Source: Chrysomallon squamiferum (taxonomy: Eukaryota; Animalia; Mollusca). Taken from it: DNA of 64,000 nt. The notes beneath the pieces are model-generated. The model ran no database searches and had not been told where the DNA came from. It saw only the letters and a program-made list of their open reading frames with translations. The stretch spans positions 18,104,001-18,168,000 of the forward strand of contig CM022677.1 of NCBI GenBank assembly GCA_012295275.1. The letters run 5' to 3'. Positions 42,226 through 56,235 of the stretch are shown piece by piece. A program made the translations under genes and the position numbers. Position 1 is the first letter of the stretch; each line of letters opens with the position of its first letter.

Positions 42226-42437
42226 CTGTATTACGTGCACCTTCCGCTGATTAAAATTTTCATTAAAAAATCATTCTTTGCGTAATTCCGATTAATTCCG
42301 AAGCTTGTTCGTGAGTTGGTAATATTTTAATATGTTGCGGTAATTACTTCGTATCTTGAATCAACGACATTTTTTTTTTTTAATTATTAAAAAGACAGCA
42401 GGTATGTTTGAATTATTATTTTATTTTCGATTTTTTA

Positions 42438-42473
<36 letters not shown>

Positions 42474-42705
42474 ATTATTATTATTATTATTATCTTTGTA
42501 TTTCAGTCTGTGTGTTAACACAAGCTGAAATCAAATGAACGGTGAATATCCACACCACTAGCACATTGCGAGACTAAATGAAAATTATTTTCTAATGACA
42601 AATTTGTTCTGATGTTTGCACACTAGTTTTGCAATTAATGTTCTTCCAGTATATATATATATATATAGATATACACATACACATACACACAACAAACATA
42701 CACAA

Positions 42706-42736
<31 letters not shown>

Positions 42737-43292
42737 AGTAGTTTTCAGAGAAAGGTTGTGCAAAATTTCTTTAACGGCAAATTGTATATGAATCGATTTA
42801 AATTATTGAAAACCCAGCATAGTTAAAAGGAAATAGTAAGAGTATAATTAGACAGATAAATAAATCAATAAATAAATCAATCAATAAATAAAACAATAAA
42901 TAAATAAATACATATATATAATATACATATATATACATACAACACAGAGAAACAGCGATTCTACACAATTCTCTGTTAACAGAAAGTCATCTGTTTTATT
43001 TTAACGGTCTTGTAGACAATAAATTAATTGTATTTGATTATACAGGTCATGATTCGTACTCTTTGTGTTTTTCTCTCTCTCACTGTCTCTGTCTTTCCTT
43101 CTGTGTCTTTTTTTCTTACTTCATCCATTGATCCACCTGTCTGTATATCTGTTTTAATCATGACTGTTATTAACACAAGAATTAGTTTTATTATTATTAT
43201 TACATTTTTTATTACTATTATCTTTGTATATTACTTTTTTATCGTACTGAATGAACGATGTATGTGTGTATATATATATATTCGTAAATATA

Positions 43293-44740
43293 CTCTAACA
43301 AAAAAGAAACGGAAAAGTAGATTTTATTGTCATTGGGAATATCTATCTAATGGATCAAAAGAAAGCAGCAGAATATTCACATTTTACACACACTTTCATA
43401 ATTGATTAATATTGATGATATTACATTGGAAAGGTTAAAGCTCAAGGTTATTACAGTATAATATCAATACCTTGTGTGCCCATCATAGGAGTCCAGAACT
43501 GCCTAACATCTCCTTCCCATGACAGTAATGACATTACGAATTACACCTTGTGGAATGGTGGCCCACTCTGTCTGTAGTAATAATTCCAAGTGAGCACGAT
43601 TCTGTGGCTGTGGTTGATGCTGCCTCAGTCGTCTATCCAACTCGTCCCATAGATTCTCTATGGGGTTCAAATCCCGAGATTTAGAGGGCCAGGGCAGGAC
43701 CTGAATGTTATTGTTGTGTTGGTACGCTGTTGTGAGTCTGGCTGTATGTGGTCTCGCATTGTCGTGCTGGAATACAGCGTTACCATTATTCATAATTAGA
43801 GCGGCATGTGGCTGCAAAATTTCATCTCGGTATTTCTGTGCCGTTAAGTTGCCTTGGATGTGAACCAGGTTGGTCCTGCCAGTGTATAAGATTGCTGCCC
43901 AGACCGTCACACTACCACCACCAAATCTGTCCGCTTCATTACGACGTCTGTAAACTTGACATCTTCCATCAGCTCGACGAAGCAGAAATCGAGCCTCGTC
44001 ACCCCAGACAGTTCTCCATCGTAACTGAAGCCAGACTCTGTGCAGTTGACACCACTGACGTCGTAGTCGACGTTGTGGTTGAGTCCAAAAACTCTTCTTA
44101 CAGGCCGTCTAGCTCGAATACCTGCCTCGCTTAAACAATTGCGCACTGTCTGAGCCGATATTCTACGCAGACCTGGTATTGCTGAAGCAGTAGAGGTTGT
44201 CGTGGTGGTTCTTTCCCGTAGATGAAGTACCCGTATGTAGCGGTCCTGGGCCCTGGTGGTTACACGTGGTCTACCTGATCTGGGACGGTCATGTTTTGTT
44301 TGCTGTTGCTGGAACCGATACCGCAATCTCAAGATGATGCTTGGGGGTACACGGAACACCCGGGCTACCTCCGAGAAGGATTAGCCAGCTTGTAAACGGC
44401 CGGTGGCGTTGTTTCATTGCGGTTCACTCAGTCGTGGCATTTGTTTGATGTTGGGTGAGAACAAAATTAACTAAAGTATTCGAAAACCTTGCATTTTTAT
44501 AACCCTCGTATTCAAGTTTCATGTGCCGCACGTACACTTGCACTGGTAAAGTGGTTTGCATGCGGGGACGTTTTGGCTAATAAACACAATCATAGCCTTT
44601 ATTTTGTGTTACCTGCTTTTTGGCGAATGTAACAAAAGCTATACGTTTAAATCACCAAATGTCATTATATTCATAGATTTGTGTTAGTTTACAATAGTTA
44701 TCTAAGAAATCAACCATTTTCCATTTCTTTTTGGGGAGAG
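43293..44740 (-). mobile_element. Tc1-family (DD34E) DNA transposon, full length but decayed (copy C)
   Basis: TA-flanked TIRs. ORFs 43907-44359 and 43503-43910 include FQHDNARPH...WPSKSRDLNPIENLW, with 34 residues between D and E. Confidence 0.95.
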
Positions 44741-45089
44741 TATGTATGTAAATGTGGTATATTTTGTATATAGTTATCATTTCTTTAATTAATTTTCTTT
44801 TACGTTACATGCATTGCAGAAAACAACAACAACAAAAAAAAGCAAAAAAAAAAAAAAAAAAAAAAAAACGAGAGAGAGAATATTAATCGTGACTTTGTAT
44901 AATCAAAGACTATTTGATGTTTTATAAGAAGGTAAATATAAAAGATGATTTTCTGTTAACGAAGAACTCTGTAGGATCGAGTGAAGAAAGCGGATTTTTC
45001 TATTTTGATATAAACATCTATAATAAAACATTAAAATAAAAACGTATCAAGTTTAAAATTTTCTTCACAGTTGCATCTTATATCGCTAT

Positions 45090-45155
<66 letters not shown>

Positions 45156-45360
45156 TACTACTATTAATATTATTATTAATGTGATTTATTTATTTATTCA
45201 CTTATTTATTTGTTTGTCTGTCTATTTATTTGCAGAGTTATTTCCATTCATTATCTAACTTTCAATACATGCGTTTTGTATTGGATTTTACGTAATTTAA
45301 ATTGACTGATAAATAATTAACGGCGAAAGAATTTTTGCAACAAACTTTACCTTAGAACGA

Positions 45361-45429
<69 letters not shown>

Positions 45430-45903
45430 TTCGGAAGCTCATTAATTCCAAAACTCGTCTGCAAAAGTCAGAACAAATCTTTCATTAGTTAATAACGATC
45501 ATTTGGCACCGTAATCTGCTAATTTCGTATTGATATTCACGGTTCATCTTATCTCGCCTCGCTTTAACACACAGACTGAAACAGAAAAGATAATAATAAT
45601 AACATTAATAGTAATAATAAAATTAGAAAATAATATAACAATTCAAAAATACGAGCAGTTTTTTAATAAAAATCATTGATTCAAGAAACAAAATAATTTC
45701 ACAACAAATTAATATACTACCAGCTCACGAAAAACAGATTTTAAACTTGATAAAGGAAAACGTCACATTCAACAGAATTTTCATTAGATAAAAAACTTCT
45801 TTTCAACTGACTGTAAAGAAGAATTAATCAAAATTACGCAGAGGATTAATTAATTTTTTTCTAAAATTAAACCTTTAATCATCGCTAGGCGTGTTTAACA
45901 CAG

Positions 45904-46019
45904 TGATGAAATTTGATTGACAGCTGAGTTTGGTGAAGAAATCTTTATAAAAGAAGGTAGAAAAATGATCGACATTTGAGAAGAAATTTCTGGAGGAATT
46001 TCGCAACATATTGGTAAGT
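45904..46019 (+). promoter_or_regulatory. Promoter / first-exon module of copy 7
   Basis: TGATGAAAT, TGATTGACAG 45914-45923, TATAAAAG 45946-45953, GTAAGT at 46014. Confidence 0.7.
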
Positions 46020-46590
46020 GTTTACTAGAATAATATTAACTAATTATTACTATATCTACTACTAATAATACTATTACTACCACCACAATTAGAACCATTA
46101 TTCCAGTATCTACTGTTACTACTACTACTACAACTACTACTATTACTACTATTAACAATCATAATAATAATAATAATAATAATAATAATCATAATAGAAA
46201 TCTGTTGTTATATGTTAAAAAAACAAATTACAGATGCTAACGATGTGGTTTATTATTTTATTTTATTTGAAATATTTTGTTCTTATCTTATTCGAAAATG
46301 TTATTTTATTAGAAAAAAATAAAAATATTTGAGTTTTTGTCTGAAAATTTTATTTTATTTGAAATATTTTGTTCTTATCTTATTCGAAAATGTTATTTGA
46401 TTAGAAAAAAATAAAAAATATTTGAGTTTTCGTCAGAAAATTTATTTTTTCTTTTATGGTGCAAAATAAATACTGTTTTTTCCTCCAGAAATTCTATTTA
46501 AAATAATACTGGGTTTTTTTTTAGACAAAACCGATTCCGTTAAATATATGTCCATTACTTCGGTACACTCTCTCTATATCTCTCTGCCTG

Positions 46591-46679
<89 letters not shown>

Positions 46680-47085
46680 CAGTATATGTGAAGGTATAGC
46701 GCTCTTGAAAAAAGTGTTCTCAAAGCAGTAACAATAAAATGAAATGTATGAGATGGAAATATCAAAGTCGCTGTAATAGACTGATGAAAAGTGTCTGTAA
46801 AAATCTTTTACGATATATGATTTATCAGTTTATATAAATCAGTTAAATTCTTACTTAAACTGCATGTACCAATAGTTTGATAATACTAAAAAAGTTAATA
46901 AATATTAAAAAGTTAATAAATGGACAAACAAATCAATAAATCAGTAAAAAAAAAAAAAAAAAAAAAAATAATGATAACAATAATGATGATGATAATGATA
47001 ATCTCTCTTTCACTTTCTCTAATTATGATTTTTCTTATTATTTTCATCGTTCTTGTTGTTGCTGATCTTGTTATTGTTGTTGCTG

Positions 47086-47129
<44 letters not shown>

Positions 47130-47144
47130 TCAGACGTTAATTGG

Positions 47145-48272
47145 ATGAATATGAATACAACGTCGGTCATGACGGAGTCAACATCGATGTACATCGGCAG
47201 TACAGATGGAATCGAGCTCATTAACCAATCAAACGCGAGCACCGTGTCACCTCTGACAAATTTACTGTATTTTAATTTACGTGGAATTGGCTATTTTAGT
47301 CTCGTAGTAATCGTAGATATACTGGGAGCCATCGGAAACGCACTCCAGTTTATTCTGATGAACGATTCAAAGTTGTCTCCCTTTTCTTACTCAATTTACA
47401 TGAAATTTCTGAGTTTCTCTGACACCTTGTTACTAGGCACCGAACTGTTCCGAGAGTCGGAGTTCCAGTTTCGTATTCCAAGGACTGTTGACGTCAACAA
47501 TTTCTGGTGCAAAACCCTAAATGTATTGCGTATATTTCCCATGTTCCTCTCGCCTTGGCTGATCATAGGACTGACGCTGGACAGATACGTGTGTGTCAGT
47601 TTCCCACTGTCACGTGACTGCTTTTGCACGAGAAGGAAAGCGTTGGTCGTCTGCTGGTCTATGGTTCTCGTTATTTTCGTTCTGCTCATCCCTGCTCTTG
47701 TCATGCTTGAGATAGACGAAGGTGTATGCTATCCATCGAAGGAAACCGGGTTTCTTTTTATTGCCTATAGACTAGTTCTCTCGTCCACACTTCCGTGTGT
47801 CTGTATCTTCGTCCTCAACGTCATGATCATCGCGCACGTGCAACGGAGCAACGAATTCAGGAACACCTTCATGAAATGTGGCAAAGAATCTACCAACCTG
47901 AAACACGATAAGGCAACGCGCCCTCTCGTTTTGGTTTCCGTTCTTGCTCTGCTAACTATTCTACCCGCCTCGGTGTCAGATTGTGTTTACATGGGACTCA
48001 AACTTACCAAATCCGATGTATTCGCTTTTACATTATCTGGCTATCTTTGGCCGCTCTTCAATTTGATCTATTTGTTAAATTTGGCTCAGAATTTTTACAT
48101 TCTGATGGGAAGTGCCAGTAACTACAGAGAAATCATGTTAAAGAAATTTAGATGTTTGAAGACGCGATTGGATAGAAGGACAGAAACAAAGAAAATGTCG
48201 TCTGAAAATTCATCTTCTGCCAGTTGCCATCTGCCGTCTATTTCTGACGTCGTTGTCATGACTGATATGTAG
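47145..48272 (+). CDS. Class A 7TM GPCR, copy 7, intact, 375 aa
   Basis: MNMNTTS ATG at 47145 (alternative 47151); acceptor AG 47132-47133; complete 7TM with DRY; ends VMTDM-stop. Confidence 0.93.
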   Translation: MNMNTTSVMTESTSMYIGSTDGIELINQSNASTVSPLTNLLYFNLRGIGYFSLVVIVDILGAIGNALQFILMNDSKLSPFSYSIYMKFLSFSDTLLLGTELFRESEFQFRIPRTVDVNNFWCKTLNVLRIFPMFLSPWLIIGLTLDRYVCVSFPLSRDCFCTRRKALVVCWSMVLVIFVLLIPALVMLEIDEGVCYPSKETGFLFIAYRLVLSSTLPCVCIFVLNVMIIAHVQRSNEFRNTFMKCGKESTNLKHDKATRPLVLVSVLALLTILPASVSDCVYMGLKLTKSDVFAFTLSGYLWPLFNLIYLLNLAQNFYILMGSASNYREIMLKKFRCLKTRLDRRTETKKMSSENSSSASCHLPSISDVVVMTDM

Positions 48273-49155
48273 ACACACATACATATATACACACAGTCAT
48301 ACACACACTCACACAGCGGCACCTGTCTTTAGCGGCCACGTACGATATACGGACACTTTACCGAGTTCCAGTTGTTTTTCTCAGTAGATGTGTTCTTTAG
48401 ATGAGCGGATACCTGATTTTTATTTCATTGCTAAATTGGACAGTTATATCGATTTTTATTTGTTTTCTCGATCTGGATTCGTTTTCGGCTGTTTCCTGTA
48501 CTACGTGTTGCGTACAGAGAGTATATTTATTTATTTATTTAGTTATTTGTGAATGATTTTCAATATCCTTTACACTTGTCATATTAAATGACGTACAAAA
48601 TACACGTAATTATATCTATCTATATCCTTTCCAAAAGTCTTTGCCAACCTTTGAACAAGATGGTTTATTTATTTGATTTTATTGAAATTTTATTCAATTT
48701 GCTTTGACATTTTAAATATAAGATGCACAAATCATGCAGAAAAGAAAAGAGATGGACTCGAACAGAAGAAACATTTTTTTTGTATAATTTCTTGTACAGG
48801 ACGTATACAGATAGACACACAGATAGATGGATAGATAGAAATACAGATTATAGATGTAGATTATAGATTGTAGGGGGAGGTTTGTGTGTGTTTTTTCACC
48901 TCTTTATATATTACTATAAAAATTTGGAATCGGATATTTAGAGCAATGATTTTCACCGTCTTCTGAATATAAACGTGACATTTCTTCCACTAATGGAGCA
49001 ATCTTTAAATATTTAAATTTCTTTAGGAAAAAAGATGCTGTAATTATATCTCTTCAATGATACAATAATAGGAGAGATATTATGCGCAGTCTTAATTATT
49101 TATTATTATTATTATTATTGCTCTTGCTGTTGTTGTTTTTCTTCTTCTTCTTCTT

Positions 49156-49186
<31 letters not shown>

Positions 49187-49216
49187 TTATTATTATTATT
49201 ATTCTTGCTGTTGCTG

Positions 49217-49253
<37 letters not shown>

Positions 49254-50126
49254 CTGTTTGTTATCTTTTATATCACTAAAAAAGTTCTGATTTGTTTGTT
49301 TGCTACTGGTGTTATGTTTTATTTCTCTTACCAATATTCCGCATTCTTTTATAATCATTTATTCCCGTCAGTATTCTAAAATGTATGTTAAAGTGCACAA
49401 TCCATTTAAAAATATCATTTACTACCGATCCTTCATAATAAAGGGAGACAATTGATGTTTCTTTCTCCTTGAACTGATAAATACAAGTCAATTTTATACT
49501 AATCCAATTTTTCTTGCAAGATTTTATTGCGTTATATTTTTTTAATGATTTTTTTCAGTTTTAGTTTGCTATTGTTTTGAACATTTTATATTATTATTTT
49601 GAATGTTTGATATTGTTATGTTTAATATTTTATTTTGTAATTTTATCCGTTTTATATTGTTATTTTGAAAATGTTATATTTGTCATTTGAACACGTTACT
49701 ACGTTTTTATTTCAATGATTTATTACGTTATAATTTAAGTGTTTGATTTCACCATCCTATTCCGTAATGTTTCACTAAGTTAATTCAATGTTTTAAGGAT
49801 ATCTCAATTCTACTTTTTATGACGTCATTAATTTAACATATTATTATGACGTTATTTCGAAATCCTATAACGTCATTATTTCAAAGACTTACAACATAGA
49901 TATTTAAAAGAAATGTAACTTTATGTCTATTTTAACATTTGTTTTAGTGAAATGTATATTACGTTTTTTCTGCAGTATTGCAGTTGAGATTTTAGATTAT
50001 TATTGACGACGTCGTCATCATCATCATCATCATCATTACCATTATTATTATTATTAATGTTTTTATTGGTATTATTGTTGTTCTTGTTTTTATCAATATT
50101 ACTATTATTATTATTACGATTAATAC

Positions 50127-50157
<31 letters not shown>

Positions 50158-50436
50158 GTTATTATGATTAGTATTATTAATATTAAGGTTTATAATACGG
50201 TTAAAAATATGTGTTATTACTTTGTTATAATCAATATTTTGAGAAATCAGTAAATGTTGTATTACTTGAAACAATAAGACGAAACCAATGATGTAATTTT
50301 GCTTTCTATGTAAATAAAGAATTTAATTACTAATCCTGTTTATTTGTCCATTCACTCATCCGTACGTCCCTCTATATTTATATCATATGTGTGTATGTAT
50401 GTGTGTATGTGTGCATGTGTGTATGCATTTGTGTAT

Positions 50437-50651
50437 GTAGTTTAGAATTTTGAATATTCTTTGTCTTATGTACGTCTGAATAGACTCTGCACTTAGACAA
50501 TATTCGGGAACGCACTGGCGCAGGAGGACAAAGTTCAATCACGACCTCACAAACCCGTCAGATGCCGCTGACGAGACTCGAACGTATGACACCCATTCAC
50601 CCGCACTCCGAAGGCGGACAATGTTACCGTTCGACAACCGAGACACCCAGC
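50437..50651 (-). mobile_element. tRNA-derived SINE, most complete copy
   Basis: Minus strand: A-box-like TTGTCGAACGG (50637-50627), B-box GTTCGAGTC (50583-50575), ~130-nt body, then an (ACAT/AC)n tail. Confidence 0.7.
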
Positions 50652-50695
50652 GATATTTATGTATGTATGTATGTATGTATGTGTATGTATGTATG

Positions 50696-50729
<34 letters not shown>

Positions 50730-51860
50730 TGTATGTATGTATGTATGTATGTATGTATGTATTATTTACCTATATACCTACCTATCTAACTGACTGTGTT
50801 TCTTTCTTTCTGTCTTTGTCCGTTCGTTTATCCATCCGTGTGTGCATCGATTGATCAGTCAATCAAGATTTGTGTATGTGTGCATGTCTGTGAGTGTATG
50901 AGTGAATATATGTATACCTGCGCTTGTACGTATCTATATCAGTATGTGTGTATGTGTCTGCGTATCTTCATGTGGTGCGTGAACATGTTTGTGTTTGCGT
51001 GTCACTCTCAGGGGTGTATGTGTAAGCATCTGTGTTTATGTATATTTATGAGTGTTTCTGTGTGTTTGTGTGACTGTTTCCATTTGTGAATGAGCTTTTT
51101 AATGCCACATTTACAAAATTTCTTAGGTTTAACTAGATATTTAATTTAGAAAGAAAAACAAAACAAAACACAGACACACAAAAAAAAAAAAAAAAAAAAA
51201 AAAAAAATAAAAAATTAAATAAAAAAGAAACACCTGATATTACTGACTGGGTGGATGCATTCATCTTCCTATCATATCAACATTCAGACTGTACACCATC
51301 AAAAATAGATAATAAATACATTCATAAATAAATTAATAAACAAATAAAATTACTAAGATCTATATTAACTAATTCGCAAAGGTTAATATCAGAAGACTAC
51401 ATGTCAATGAATGGATAGCTTGAAGTTGACCGCTAAATCGCAAAACATAAAATAATAGGAGAAAATTATATATGTTATAAAACTGAGATATCTTATCTAC
51501 ATCGTATCAGAGAAGAATATATAACTGACTTAACAGCATGCTTACAGTTTTTCTACATTAAAGATATTTCATATTTACTATGTATGTAAATTGTTGTAGC
51601 AGAATATCTCTACTTAGGATAAGGAAAAAGGTATCTTTGTTTTTTGTTTAGATGGTATTACGAATGTCTGAGTTGAATGTTTGCTATTATTATTAATTTA
51701 TTTTTATTATTATTATTATTATTATGATTAGTAGTGGTAGTAGTAGTAGTAGTAGTAGCGATAGTAGTAGTAGTAGTAGCAGTAGTATTAGCATCATCAT
51801 TATCATTATTTTGTTCGTAAGAATGCTCTTTTTTCTTTCTTTCGAATATCCTGCAACTCA

Positions 51861-51969
<109 letters not shown>

Positions 51970-53051
51970 ATCTATCTCTCTCATATATATATATATATGA
52001 TTTTATCTTTTCCCATCAAAAAAAAACAAGAAAAAAAAAACCACAAAACAAAGAAAATCCATTCATATTTAAATTTTAAACATTTGTGTTTATTGACAAG
52101 ATATTAGCCTTGAAACATACAGAGTTATCGTTCCTTTTCCGTTAAAGTTAGGAATAAACGCTTTTTTGAAATCAGTGACGCTTGAACAACATAGCACTTT
52201 ATTATGTTCCTATTTTATATCGATCGATCTATGTCTATATATATACACACAGACATACCAAAACTAATACATCGTTCTTACACAGCAGGTATCCTCTCAT
52301 TAGAGGGCCAAACTTTACAGACAAGTTTGTTTCTTTGTTGCTGTATATATATTTATATACATATTTCTTATTTTATTTTTTATTTAAATTTTTTGGATAT
52401 TTAAAAACTTTATTGAGATTCACACAAGATAAATAAACCATCAAGGCCGGGTCCTGCTTTCTCTTAAAATACAAAAGCAAACACACCGAGTTCATTGATA
52501 AAAATTATTGTGCACGTCAGAAAACTCAAAAGCAGCACAAGCTATATTTGTGTTTGAACTGCACCAGCTTTTCGACGTCAAAAGTACCACTAATACCCAG
52601 TTTTTGTAATACATGAAGATGCCTGGAATGAGGTTGAATGTTTGAATATTCAAATTTGTGTACCAAATGATTTAGACTCTGAAGGTTTGGCGAGCGATCA
52701 TTTGTGATTCGAAACATACTAAACTTTCTGCAAATAATGTGCACTGCAGGAAATAGGCGACGCCATCTTTAAAAATGTCGTATAAAACAGCAGTACAATA
52801 AAATTATTTATTTTGAAGAAAAGGAATGCAAATCCATATTACTGTCCGCTTAAAAACAAACAGGGAACAAATCTGCTGAAAAACACTAGGGGTTCGGAAA
52901 AGTGTCCGTATATCGTACGTGGCCGCTAAAGACAGATTCCACTATGTGTTTGTGTGTGTGTATCTGTGTGTGAGTTTATGTATGTAGGTTTGTTTTTATG
53001 AATATACATATATAAGCACACACACAGACACACACACACACACATATATGA

Positions 53052-53434
53052 TTACGTTCCAGAAATAGTCGACAGATGGCAGAATCAGAATTTTCAGACG
53101 ACATTTCCTATGTATGTGTCCTTCTGTCCACTGGCGTCTTCAAACATCTAAATTTCTTTAACATGATTTCTCTGTAGTTCCTGGCACTTCCCATCAGAAT
53201 GTAAAAATTCTGAGCAAAGTTTAGCAAATAGATTGTATTGAAGAGCGGCCAAAGACTGCCAGATAAGACAAAAGCGAATATATCGGATCTGGTAACTTTG
53301 AGTAGTCCATAAACACAATCTGATACCGCGGCGGGTAGAATAGTTAGCAGAGCAAGAACGGAAACGAAAACGAGAGGGCGAGTTGCCTTATCTTGTTTCA
53401 GATTGGTGGATTCTTTGCCAGATCTAATGAAGGT
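53052..53434 (-). pseudogene. GPCR 3' fragment (ICL3, TM6, TM7, C-tail)
   Basis: Minus strand reads like ...RSGKESTNLKQDKATRPLVFVSVLALLTILPAAVSDCVYGLLKVTRSDIFAFVLSG...GT-stop. There is no 5' half. Confidence 0.9.
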
Positions 53435-53514
53435 CTGTATTTAAGAATATATATAATTATATATATATATACATATATACACACACACACACACAAACAA
53501 TCACATATGTATGT

Positions 53515-54647
53515 TTACGTTCCTACGTCAGTCACTGCAACTGTATCAGAAACAGACGGGAAATGGCAACTGGCAGAAGTTGAATTTTCAGTCGACATTT
53601 TAATCATATGTGTCCTTCTATCCACTCGCGTCTTCAAACATCTAAATTTCTTTAACATGATTTCTCTGTAGTTCTTAGCACTTCCCATCAGAATGTAAAA
53701 ATTCTGAGCAAAGTTTAACAAATAGATGATATTGAAGAGCGGCCAAAGACTGGCAGATAAACCAAAAGCGAATACGAACGATTTGCTAAGTTTCAAAATT
53801 GTATAAACAGCGTTATTGACTGTGGCGGGTAGAATAGTTAGCAGAGCAAGAACGGAAACGAAAACGAGAGGGCGCATGGCGTTATCTTGCTTCTGATTGG
53901 TTGATTCATTGCAAGTGTTCATGAAGGTGTTCCTGAATTGGTTGCTCCGTTTCACGTGCGCGATGATCATGACGTTGAGGACGAAGATACAGACGCAGGG
54001 AAGTGTGGACGAAATAACGACTGAATAGCCAGTGATAACAAAACCAGCTTCCTTCGATGGATAGCATACGCCGTACTTTATATCAGTCATGACAAGAACA
54101 GGGATGTGCAGAACGAAAATAACGAGAACCATAGACCAGCAGACGACCAATGCTTTCGTTCTCGTGCAAAACCAGTAACGTGACAGTGGGAAACTGACAC
54201 ATACGTATCTGTCCAGCGTCAGTCCTACGATCAGCCAAGGCGAGAGGAACATTGGAAACAGACGCAATAGATTTAGGGTTTTGCACCAGAAATTGCTAAC
54301 GTCAACGCTCCTTGGAATATGAGACTGGAACTCGGATTCTCGGCAGAGTTCGGCGCCTAGCAACAAGGTGTCAGAGAAACTCAGAAATTTCATGTAGACT
54401 GAGTAGGAGAAGGGAGATAACTTTGAATCGTTCATGAGAATAAATTGCAGTGCGTTTAGATGGCTCCCAGTATATCTACAATTACAACGAGACTAATATA
54501 GCCAATTCCACGTAAATTAAAATACAGTAAATTTGTCAGAGGTGACACGGTGCTCGCGTTTGATTGGTTAATGAGCTCGAATCCGTCTTTACTGCCGATG
54601 CACATCGATGTTGACTCCGTCATGACCGACGTTGTATTCATATTCAT
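53515..54647 (-). pseudogene. GPCR copy 8; frameshift/stop in TM1
   Basis: ATG 54647 (MNMNTTS). GCCATCTAAACGCA replaces GCCATCGGAAACGCA at ~54456 (net -1, in-frame TAA). ORF 53515-54435 continues from MNDSK. Confidence 0.88.
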
Positions 54648-54781
54648 CCAATTAACATCTGAAATAATAATAATAATAATAATATTAATAACAACAACAA
54701 CAACAATAGAATGAAAAATCACATTGAGAGAAAGTGAAAGAGAGATTATATTTATCATTGTTATTAATTATTTATTATTTA

Positions 54782-54821
<40 letters not shown>

Positions 54822-54954
54822 TATATTATTATTATTATTAATATTGTTATTGTTATTATTATTATTAATATGATTAATTAATTAATTAATTTATTTATTT
54901 ATATATTTATTTATTTATCTTTTCTCTTTTTCATTCAGTTTTTCTTTCACCTTT

Positions 54955-55020
<66 letters not shown>

Positions 55021-55036
55021 CCAAACAGATAAAGAC

Positions 55037-55118
<82 letters not shown>

Positions 55119-55454
55119 GAATGAAAGAGATAATTAGAAATGAATATTATTACAGCGACAGTATCAAACACTTAAAATAATGAACTTATATTTTACATTA
55201 TCGGTTTTGTTCAAATATTGTTGTAAAATTTTAAATTGAATTTCTTAAGGATAAAACAGTGTTTATTTTGCAGCATAAAAGAAAAACTACATTTTCTGAG
55301 TAAAACGGAGATATTTTTCTGTTTTTCTAATAAAATAACATTTTCGAATAAGATAAGAACAAAATATTTTAAATAAAATAAAATAATAAACCACAATTTC
55401 TAGCACCTGTAATTTGTTTTTTCAATATATAGCTAGTCTTGTGTCATTCTTATT

Positions 55455-55486
<32 letters not shown>

Positions 55487-55566
55487 ATTCAGTATTATTA
55501 TTAACATTATTATTACTACTGCTACTACTACTACTACTACTTTTATTGTTATTAATGTTATTATTA

Positions 55567-55606
<40 letters not shown>

Positions 55607-55792
55607 TGTTATTATTATTATTAGTCGAAGTAGTATTTGTGGTCGTAGTATCAGAAGTATAGTAGTAATAGCAGGTGTAGTAATAGTAGATACTAAAATA
55701 GTGAAAATACTAGTGGTGATAGTAGTAGTACTAATAGCCATATTATTATTATTATTATGAGATATTGTAATAATTAGTTAATACATGTATAG

Positions 55793-55909
55793 ACTTACCA
55801 ATATGTTGCGAAATTCTTCCACAAATTTCTACTCAAATGTCGATCATTTTTCTACCTTCTTTTATAAAGATTTCTTCACACAAGCTGAGCTGTCAATCAA
55901 ATTACGTCA
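55793..55909 (-). promoter_or_regulatory. Promoter / first-exon module of copy 8
   Basis: Minus strand: TGACGTAAT, TGATTGACAG 55899-55890, TATAAAAG 55866-55859, GTAAGT 55798-55793. Confidence 0.68.
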
Positions 55910-56187
55910 CTGTATAAAATGTGCCTAGCGATGATTAAAATTTTAATTAAAAAAAAAAAGTTAATTCTTTGCGTAATTCTTATTAATCGTTCCTTACAGT
56001 CATTTTTTATCTAATGAAAATTCTGTTGACTTTTAAATGTGACGTTTTCCTTCATGAAGTTTAACAGCTTTTTCGTGAGCTCTTAATATTTTAATTTGTC
56101 GCTATAATTTTTTCGTTTGTTGAATCAACGATTTTTTATTTTATTAAAAAGACATTTCCTATGCTTGAATTATTATTTTATTTTCTG

Positions 56188-56235
<48 letters not shown>

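Noticed and set aside
43503-44359. Active or domesticated Tc1 transposase
   Set aside because: All three copies carry frameshifts, stops or deletions, and the TIRs are degenerate.
50560-50651. Possible tRNA gene
   Set aside because: A/B-box-like motifs are present, but no convincing cloverleaf was found and it continues into a body and simple-repeat tail, so it was called a SINE.
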